From contig OY761611.1 of NCBI GenBank assembly GCA_963664875.1, positions 2,144,001 through 2,208,000 on the forward strand: a stretch of DNA of 64,000 nucleotides. The letters are read 5' to 3'. The notes under the pieces are model-generated. The model did no database searches. It was not told the origin of the DNA and saw only the letters and a list, made by a program, of their open reading frames with translations. Made by a program: the position numbers and the translations under genes. Shown here piece by piece: positions 56,734 through 64,000 of the stretch; the first letter of the stretch is position 1, and each line of letters begins with the position of its first letter. Origin of the DNA: Candidatus Kapaibacterium sp. (lineage in GTDB: Bacteria; Bacteroidota; Ignavibacteria; Kapaibacteriales; UBA2268).

Positions 56734-56734
56734 A

Positions 56735-58060
56735 ATGAAAAAGTTGCTCATTGTTTTAACTATACTCGCATCTATTGCCCATTCCACCGCCGGTGAAATG
56801 AAGTTTTTATGGTCTCATAGCTTCCAAGACGGCTATCTTTGGGATATAGAATTTATGCCTGATAACGATTACTTTGTTTTAGGGTATTTAGATAGAATTG
56901 AGCTGAGGGAGACAGGTACGGGAAATTTAGTCAAAGTTGATAGTGTAAATGCAAGAAATATCGAAATATCATCTGACAGTTCAAAATTCTATGTTAACAA
57001 CTATGGAACATTCCAAGTAAGAGATGTAAATTCATTTGAAGTCTTACAATCTGTAAAATTACTTGATGAAATTGATGGTTATCCAACATATTATGCAGAT
57101 TTTTGTGTTGATCCAGTTAGACAATTCCTTTATATAGAAAGAGCTATAGAATATGATAGAGACATAAATACCAATCCATTATTTTGGTTGTCAATCTGTA
57201 TTTATGATGCTGAAACTTTAGAGTTCATTACAGAGTTAACTACAGAAGATCAAAAGTTGATGCGATTTTCCAAAATGGATATATCATCTGATGGAAAATA
57301 CTTTGCACTAATCACAGAAGGCAAATCAAAACTCTTAGTTTGGGATTTAGAAACAAGAGAGCAGATAGTTGACCACTATATGGCACCTCACGCTTCTAAC
57401 GAGAAGGGAGAGCCTGGAGATTTGAAATTTTCAAGAGTGAACTCGGATAATATTTATATAACAGGTAGGTTTCGACATTTTGAAAGTGATAAAGATCATC
57501 AAGGATTATCGGTTTACAATGTATTTGAGAATAAAATTGTTGATGAAAGATTTAATATAGAAGGGAATCAGATTGCAACAGCACGGATATCATTTGTTGA
57601 AAATGAAGAATATGTTTTATCAACCCACTCATATTCCACAAAAATTCTTAATTTAACGGATGGTAAAATCGAATACTCTAAAGCAAATCATTATACTTAT
57701 GGCTGGGGTGGAATGCAGAGAGTTTCAAAAAAGACAAACAAAATTATTGGTTTTATGGCAAATTTCTTTTCCGCAGGTTATTACGACTTCGATACATCTA
57801 TTGAGGAACAAAATAAAAACGAAATAATATATCCAAACCCTACTACAAGTATAGTAACAATACCATTTATCTGCGAAACAAGTGAAGCAAGTTTATCAGT
57901 TTTTGATTCTAATGGCGAAGATGTTACAGTACTAACAGAATTGAATTACAACGGTGGAGATATTACTGTTGATTTAAGTAGAATAAGTGCAGGTGTCTAT
58001 ATTGTTAGAGCTGCTTGTGGTGCTACTGTTGCTGATTATAAAGTCGTCAAGGAAAATTAG
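56735..58060 (+). CDS. T9SS beta-propeller protein, paralog 2
   Basis: Start MKKLL one base after the previous stop (TAG-A-ATG); same architecture as paralog 1. Confidence 0.8.
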   Translation: MKKLLIVLTILASIAHSTAGEMKFLWSHSFQDGYLWDIEFMPDNDYFVLGYLDRIELRETGTGNLVKVDSVNARNIEISSDSSKFYVNNYGTFQVRDVNSFEVLQSVKLLDEIDGYPTYYADFCVDPVRQFLYIERAIEYDRDINTNPLFWLSICIYDAETLEFITELTTEDQKLMRFSKMDISSDGKYFALITEGKSKLLVWDLETREQIVDHYMAPHASNEKGEPGDLKFSRVNSDNIYITGRFRHFESDKDHQGLSVYNVFENKIVDERFNIEGNQIATARISFVENEEYVLSTHSYSTKILNLTDGKIEYSKANHYTYGWGGMQRVSKKTNKIIGFMANFFSAGYYDFDTSIEEQNKNEIIYPNPTTSIVTIPFICETSEASLSVFDSNGEDVTVLTELNYNGGDITVDLSRISAGVYIVRAACGATVADYKVVKEN

Positions 58061-58061
58061 A

Positions 58062-59387
58062 ATGAAAAAGTTGTTCATTATTTTAACTATAATCGCATCT
58101 ATTGCCACTTCCACCGCAGGTGAAATGAAGTTTTTATGGTCACAAAGCTTCCAAGACGGCTATCTTTGGGATATGGAATTAATGCCTGATAACGATTACT
58201 TTGTTTTGGGATATGACGATAGACTTGAACTAAGAGAGACTTCGACAGGAAATTTAGTTAAAGTAGATAGCATTATTGCAAGAGATATTGAAGTTTCATC
58301 GGATAGCACTAAGCTGTATGTAAATTGTTTTGGTAGTTTCCAAGTAAGAGATGTTAATTCATTCGAAGTCTTACAATCAGTAAAATTACCTGATGTTACA
58401 GATGGATACCCAACTTATTATTCAGAATTTTGTGTAGATCCTGTAAGACCACTAATTTATCTCAGAAGAGCAATAGAATACGATAAAGATATTAATACCA
58501 ATCCATTATTTTGGTTGTCAATCTGTATTTATGATGCTGAAACTTTAGAGTTCATTACAGAGTTAACTACAGAAGATCAAAAGTTGATGCGATTTTCCAA
58601 AATGGATATATCATCTGATGGAAAATACTTTGCACTAATCACAGAAGGCAAATCAAAACTCTTAGTTTGGGATTTAGAAACAAGAGAGCAGATTGTTGAC
58701 CACTATATGGCACCTCACACTTCTAACGAGAAGGGAGAGCCCGGCGATTTGAAATTTTCAAGAGTGCACTCGGATAATATTTATATAACGGGTAGGTTTC
58801 GACATTTTGCAAGTGATAAAGATCATCAAGGATTATCGGTTTACAATGTTTTTGAGAATAAAATTGTTGATGAAAGATTTAATGTAGAAGGGAATCAGAT
58901 TGCAACAGCTCGGATATCATTTGTTAAAAATGAAGAATATATTTTATCAACCCACTCTTATACATCAGAAATTCTAAATTTAATGAATGGTAGAATTGAA
59001 TATACTATCGAAAATCACTATTCATATGCTTGGGGAGGATGCCAGAGAATATCACAAAAAACAAAAAAAATTATTGGCTATATGTATAAAAGTTTCTCCG
59101 CAGGCTATTACGACTTCGATACATCTATTGAGGAACAAAATAAAAACGACATTATCTATCCCAATCCAACTACAAGCATAGTAACAATACCTTTAATCTG
59201 CGAAACAAGTGAACCAAGTTTATCAGTTTTTGATTCGGACGGCAAGGATGTTACAGCACAAATTGAATGGAATTATAACGGTGCAGATATTACTGTTGAT
59301 TTAAGTAGAATAAGTGCAGGTATCTATATCGTTAGAGCTGCTTGTGGTGCTACTGTTGCTGATTATAAAGTCGTCAAGGAGAATTAG
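58062..59387 (+). CDS. T9SS beta-propeller protein, paralog 3
   Basis: TAG-A-ATG coupling; same architecture. Confidence 0.8.
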   Translation: MKKLFIILTIIASIATSTAGEMKFLWSQSFQDGYLWDMELMPDNDYFVLGYDDRLELRETSTGNLVKVDSIIARDIEVSSDSTKLYVNCFGSFQVRDVNSFEVLQSVKLPDVTDGYPTYYSEFCVDPVRPLIYLRRAIEYDKDINTNPLFWLSICIYDAETLEFITELTTEDQKLMRFSKMDISSDGKYFALITEGKSKLLVWDLETREQIVDHYMAPHTSNEKGEPGDLKFSRVHSDNIYITGRFRHFASDKDHQGLSVYNVFENKIVDERFNVEGNQIATARISFVKNEEYILSTHSYTSEILNLMNGRIEYTIENHYSYAWGGCQRISQKTKKIIGYMYKSFSAGYYDFDTSIEEQNKNDIIYPNPTTSIVTIPLICETSEPSLSVFDSDGKDVTAQIEWNYNGADITVDLSRISAGIYIVRAACGATVADYKVVKEN

Positions 59388-59388
59388 A

Positions 59389-60708
59389 ATGAAAAAGTTG
59401 CTCATTGTTTTAACTATACTCGCATCTATTGCCCATTCCACCGCAGGTGAAATGAAGTTTTTGTGGTCAGAGGCATTGAATGAAGGGTATGTTTCTGATA
59501 TTGAATTTATGCCTGATAATGATTATTGTGTTATTGCAAGATACAATGTTCTCGAAATACGGGAAGTTCTTACAGGACAAGTAGTCTTGAGTAGAGAAGA
59601 AAATTTAACAGATATAGAATTTTCTGCTGACAGCACAAAAATGATTACAAGAAAGAATACAATCCTTGAAATACGTGATATTGAAACATTAGAAGTGGTA
59701 CAAATCAAAGAAATGCCAACTGAAGATGGTGATTATCATTTGTTTTATGGTCAAATGCAAATAGATCCGATTAGACCACTATTGTACTTACGAATAGAAT
59801 ACATAATAAATCAGCCTGATAAAGAAGAAAGTAAATCTAAGATAGTTATTTACAACTCAGAAACATTAGAATATGTAGGTGAGCTTACAGATGAAAGTCA
59901 TTTTGATTTGTGGTTGATAAATCTTGCTGTTTCGTATGATGGTAAATACCTCGCTTCCATCAGCGAAGGCAAATCAAAACTCTTAGTTTGGGATTTAGAA
60001 ACAAGAGAGCAGATAGTTGACCACTATATGGCACCTCACACTTCTAACGAATTTGGCGACCCTGGCGATTTGAAATTTTCAGAAGTGAACTTGGATAATA
60101 TTTATATAACAGGTAGGTTTCGACATTTTGCAAGTGATAAAGATCATCAAGGATTATCGGTTTACAATGTTTTTGAGAATAAAATTGTTGATGAAAGATT
60201 TAATGTAGAAGGGAATCAGATTGCAACAGCTCGGATATCATTTGTTAAAAATGAAGAATATATTTTATCAACCCACTCTTATACATCAGAAATTCTAAAT
60301 TTAATGAATGGTAGAATTGAATATACTATCGAAAATCACTATTCATATGCTTGGGGAGGATGCCAGAGAATATCACAAAAAACAAAAAAAATTATTGGCT
60401 ATATGTATAAAAGTTTCTCCGCAGGCTACTACGATTTCGATACATCTATAGAAGAAGAAAATAAAAACAAAATAATATACCCAAATCCAACTACCAGCAA
60501 AGTAACAATACCAGTTATCTGCGAAACAAGTGAACCAAGTTTATCAGTTTTTGATTCGAACGGTAAGGATGTTACAGCACAAATTGAATGGGATTACAAC
60601 GGTGAAGATATTACTGTTGATTTAAGTCATATTAGTGTAGGAATCTATATCGTTAGAGCTGCTTGTGGTACTACTGTTGCGGATTATAAAGTTGTCAAGG
60701 AGAATTAG
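59389..60708 (+). CDS. T9SS beta-propeller protein, paralog 4 (chimera of paralogs 1 and 3)
   Basis: N-terminal half nearly identical to paralog 1; distal propeller identical to paralog 3. Confidence 0.8.
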   Translation: MKKLLIVLTILASIAHSTAGEMKFLWSEALNEGYVSDIEFMPDNDYCVIARYNVLEIREVLTGQVVLSREENLTDIEFSADSTKMITRKNTILEIRDIETLEVVQIKEMPTEDGDYHLFYGQMQIDPIRPLLYLRIEYIINQPDKEESKSKIVIYNSETLEYVGELTDESHFDLWLINLAVSYDGKYLASISEGKSKLLVWDLETREQIVDHYMAPHTSNEFGDPGDLKFSEVNLDNIYITGRFRHFASDKDHQGLSVYNVFENKIVDERFNVEGNQIATARISFVKNEEYILSTHSYTSEILNLMNGRIEYTIENHYSYAWGGCQRISQKTKKIIGYMYKSFSAGYYDFDTSIEEENKNKIIYPNPTTSKVTIPVICETSEPSLSVFDSNGKDVTAQIEWDYNGEDITVDLSHISVGIYIVRAACGTTVADYKVVKEN

Positions 60709-60709
60709 A

Positions 60710-62032
60710 ATGAAAAAGTTGCTCATTGTTTTAACTATACTCGCATCTATTGCCCATTCCACCGCAGGTGAAATGAAGTTTTTATGGTCACAAAGTTTCC
60801 AAGACGGCTATCTTTGGGATATAGAATTTATGCCTGATAACGATTACTTTGTTTTAGGGTATGACGATAGAATTGAACTAAGAGAGACAGATACAGGAAA
60901 TTTAGTTAAAGTAGATAGCATTATTGCAAGAGATATTGAAGTGTCTTCAGATAGTACTAAGCTTTATATAAATTGCATCAACTCTTTCCAAGTGAGAGAT
61001 GTTAATACGTTCGAAGTCTTACAATCTGTAACTTTACCTGATACTATAGATGGATATCGTGCTTATTATTCAGACTTTTGTGCTGATCCTGCAAGAGCAC
61101 TAATATACCTGAGAAGAGCTTTGCAATATGATGAAGACAATAACGGCAATGCTTTGCTATGGCAATACATTTGTGTTTATAATTCTGAAACTTTGGAGTT
61201 TATCACAGAGCTAAGCTCGGAAGCTCATAAAATGATGAATTTTACTAAAATGGATGTCTCTGCTGATGGAAAATATTTGGCAGCAATCAATAGCGGAAAA
61301 TCCAAGCTAATGGTATGGAATTTAGAAACAAGAGAGCAGATTATTAATCATTATATGGCTCCTGAAACATCTACTGAGTATGGCGATCCTAAAGATTTGA
61401 AGTTTTCAAATGTAAACACTGATAATATTTATATATCAGGTTCTTTTAGACATTTTGAGAATGATAAAGACCATATGAGCTTGTCTGTCATTAATATTGA
61501 GAAAGAAGAAGTTATTGATGATAGATTTAATGTTGGACAAAATCAGTTTGGAGCTACAAGACTAACATTTATAGATAATGAAAAGTATGTATTGGCATCA
61601 TCATCTAATCTTACAATTATGATTGATTATTTAGATGGGACTATTTTATATAAAGCAATTCATCATAGAGATTATAATTGGGGAAGAAATAGATTTAGTA
61701 AAGATAAAAACGTTATTATTGGTCACGGTGGAAATTCGTTTTCATCAGGCTACTACGACTTTGAATCTTCCATAGAAGATCCAAATAATGATGAAGTTAT
61801 TTACCCCAACCCTACTACAAACGAAGTAAATATTCCATTTTCTTGTACTTCACCAGAATTTACAATTTCCATGTTTGACTATAATGGTAATGATTTAACT
61901 ACTCAGATTCAGTGGCAGTACACAGGTGAAATGTACACTATTGATTTAAGTAATATAACAGCAGGGGTTTATGTTGTAAGAATTAATTGTGGTGAATCTT
62001 CTTCTGATTATCGAGTAGTGAGGGAGAAATAA
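60710..62032 (+). CDS. T9SS beta-propeller protein, paralog 5 (most divergent)
   Basis: TAG-A-ATG coupling; IYPNPT...GVYVVR C-terminal domain. Confidence 0.8.
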   Translation: MKKLLIVLTILASIAHSTAGEMKFLWSQSFQDGYLWDIEFMPDNDYFVLGYDDRIELRETDTGNLVKVDSIIARDIEVSSDSTKLYINCINSFQVRDVNTFEVLQSVTLPDTIDGYRAYYSDFCADPARALIYLRRALQYDEDNNGNALLWQYICVYNSETLEFITELSSEAHKMMNFTKMDVSADGKYLAAINSGKSKLMVWNLETREQIINHYMAPETSTEYGDPKDLKFSNVNTDNIYISGSFRHFENDKDHMSLSVINIEKEEVIDDRFNVGQNQFGATRLTFIDNEKYVLASSSNLTIMIDYLDGTILYKAIHHRDYNWGRNRFSKDKNVIIGHGGNSFSSGYYDFESSIEDPNNDEVIYPNPTTNEVNIPFSCTSPEFTISMFDYNGNDLTTQIQWQYTGEMYTIDLSNITAGVYVVRINCGESSSDYRVVREK

Positions 62033-62033
62033 G

Positions 62034-62303
62034 ATGTATAAATATCTATTTGCATTTTTCTTTTTGCCAATAATTCTTTTTGCACAAGAGCCACAGCCAA
62101 TAAGCTTAGAGTTTAGTAATCAGGCTTCACACATATTAAATCCAGATGATTACAAACAAAATAGTATTTATCATGGATTTCAATGGTCAGGTACACCTGC
62201 CATGGATGAGGCTCTCGGAAATAATCTAAGAACCTCGGGAAATATACATGCTGTAAACTTAAAAGCAAATATTTTTTCGCATTATACACCCTATACATCC
62301 TGA
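62034..62303 (+). pseudogene. short ORF with signal peptide, probably the truncated 5' end of a larger secreted protein
   Basis: MYKYLFAFFFLPIILFAQ signal; coupled to paralog 5; ends after 89 aa. Confidence 0.45.
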
Positions 62304-62499
62304 TTCGCCAAAATACTAGCTCCATTTATCGAGTACGAACTGTGGCTTTAGTCAACTCAAAGATTGAGATAGCATAATTTTTTACTCTAAGTAAAATAGA
62401 CAGTCTCGCTTCTAGTTTGCATATTTGCTATACATGAGTGTAGATTTCTTATTATTTTGTATATTTTGAAAACTTATACAACATACTTTGGTAAATGAT

Positions 62500-63882
62500 A
62501 TGATTAGCAATAAAGCTTCTTTTGACATGTACGAATTATCCGTCATTTTTGGCGAAGACAATGTTATCTGCGACGATACTTTTAGTTGCCTTTCTGTTTC
62601 GACTGACTCTAGAAAGATCTCAGGTGGAGAACTGTTTGTGGCTTTAAAGGGTGAGAGCTTTGACGGACATGACAAAGTGATTGATGCTTTCGATTCGGGT
62701 GCAGTAGCAGCCTTGGTTAGCAAGGATTGGTACGATAGTTTGAAGACTAAACCCAATAATAATTATATACTCTGCAAAGACACACTCGACGGGCTGGGTA
62801 AACTCGCCCGATTCCATAGAGATAGGTTCCGTTTGCCTGTGGTAGCAATTGCCGGATCTAACGGCAAAACAACTACTAAAGAAATTTGTTCTTCGATACT
62901 AGAATTAAAATTCAAAACTCTAAAAACATATAAAAATTTCAACAACAGAGTCGGTGTTCCTTTAATGCTTTTGTCTTTAGATGAGACTTACGAAGCTGCA
63001 GTTCTCGAGATTGGCACAAACGAGCCGGGAGAAATTGCTATGCTTTCTAATATCTGCAACCCTACTCATGGATTAATCACCAATATTGGCAAAGAACATC
63101 TCGAATTTTTGTTGAATCTTGATGGCGTAGAAATGGAAGAGACTTTCCTTTTTGGCTACTTACGCAGTAAGGGAGGAATAGCTCTTATAAATATGGATGA
63201 TGATCGTCTGTCGAGATATGAACCAATTTTAGACAATAAGCTTTCTTTCGGTAGTAATGATTCTTCAGGACTGAAGGCATCTTATTCATTTGATGAGACA
63301 TTATGTGCGACTATATCTTTTGAATACGAAGAAACGAAACTATCTGCAAAATTACAGATACCCGGAATTGCTCCGGCTCTTAATGCAATAGCTGCTGCTG
63401 CTGTCGGCTTCATTCTGGAATTACCGGCTGAAACAATAGCACAGGGCATAGAGAGATTTAACAATCAAGATGATTCTGACTATGGCAGGATGAAGGTAAT
63501 CAACTATAAAGATTGTATTATTCTCAATGATACATATAACGCAAATCCTTCGTCTATGATGATGTCTTTACAGACATTGGACAAGATGTCTTCAAAATCA
63601 AATAAAATCGCTGTACTTGGCGATATGTTCGAATTAGGCAAAGAAGCTGAGGCTGAGCACCTAAATATTCTACTAATGGCTGCTAATTTTGCAGATGAAG
63701 TATTGCTTCTTGGAGACAATATGAGAGCAGCACACAAGAAAACAGGAAAAGGGCAACATTTTGAGAATCATGAAGGCATTGCAGAATATTTAAAAAATGC
63801 GACTCTAAACTCTGCCATTCTTGTCAAAGGATCTCGCGGTATGAAAATGGAAAAGGTAGTAAATATATTATTAGGCAAGTAA
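62500..63882 (+). CDS. murF: UDP-N-acetylmuramoyl-tripeptide--D-Ala-D-Ala ligase
   Basis: TDSRKI, LKGESFDGH, AGSNGKTTTKE, NDTYNANP, LGDMFELG and VKGSRGMKME. Confidence 0.96.
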   Translation: MISNKASFDMYELSVIFGEDNVICDDTFSCLSVSTDSRKISGGELFVALKGESFDGHDKVIDAFDSGAVAALVSKDWYDSLKTKPNNNYILCKDTLDGLGKLARFHRDRFRLPVVAIAGSNGKTTTKEICSSILELKFKTLKTYKNFNNRVGVPLMLLSLDETYEAAVLEIGTNEPGEIAMLSNICNPTHGLITNIGKEHLEFLLNLDGVEMEETFLFGYLRSKGGIALINMDDDRLSRYEPILDNKLSFGSNDSSGLKASYSFDETLCATISFEYEETKLSAKLQIPGIAPALNAIAAAAVGFILELPAETIAQGIERFNNQDDSDYGRMKVINYKDCIILNDTYNANPSSMMMSLQTLDKMSSKSNKIAVLGDMFELGKEAEAEHLNILLMAANFADEVLLLGDNMRAAHKKTGKGQHFENHEGIAEYLKNATLNSAILVKGSRGMKMEKVVNILLGK

Positions 63883-63902
63883 TTGCACGATGTTATTGAT
63901 TT

Positions 63903-63929
63903 AAAAAAAGGGGCTAATGCCCCTTTTTT
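63903..63929. terminator. bidirectional terminator
   Basis: AAAAAAAGGGGC-taat-GCCCCTTTTTT between convergent genes. Confidence 0.85.
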
Positions 63930-64000
63930 ATTTAGATATTATTATTATCTCGGTTCGTCGATTTAATTTTCTTCCAAATTGAGTGAGATTACTTGCAATC
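63928..64000 (-). CDS. 3' end of an OmpA-family protein (partial, runs off the window)
   Basis: Reverse strand reads IASNLTQFGRKLNRRTEIIIISK*, matching the OmpA C-terminal N..GR..NRR.E motif. Confidence 0.7.
   Translation of the reverse strand, partial: IASNLTQFGRKLNRRTEIIIISK

Noticed and set aside
55405-62032. Diversity-generating retroelement
   Set aside because: No reverse transcriptase or template repeat; the differences are block swaps rather than adenine-specific changes.

Overview
AT-rich bacterial chromosome segment. T9SS C-terminal domains, Bacteroidetes-type integrases and a DUF5020 protein suggest a Bacteroidota/Ignavibacteriota/Kapabacteria-like organism (inference). From left to right: (1) the end of an integrative element with two tandem tyrosine integrases and a tRNA-Phe-derived att site; (2) a complete type I-B-like CRISPR-Cas operon (cas6-cas5-cas3-cas8-cas7-cas4-cas1-cas2); (3) a ~19 kb array of about 275 repeats (count estimated from the 66-nt period), interrupted by an ISAs1 element and cut at its trailer end by an IS3 remnant; (4) housekeeping genes (purine permease, prs, rplY, fmt, plsC, htrA, murF), tRNA-Gln, tRNA-Phe and five identical tandem tRNA-Thr genes; (5) a CheB/CheR-PAS plus hybrid kinase pair, a REP/MITE cluster and five mosaic T9SS beta-propeller paralogs. 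The most notable observations are: the att copy and the intact tRNA-Phe form a 74-bp INVERTED repeat around the whole CRISPR locus; only the last repeat base changes, and it does so in long blocks (T, A, G, T); the ISAs1 sits in a spacer that matches a host REP palindrome; overlapping spacers suggest a CCW PAM; and a mini-array-like repeat lies upstream of cas6.
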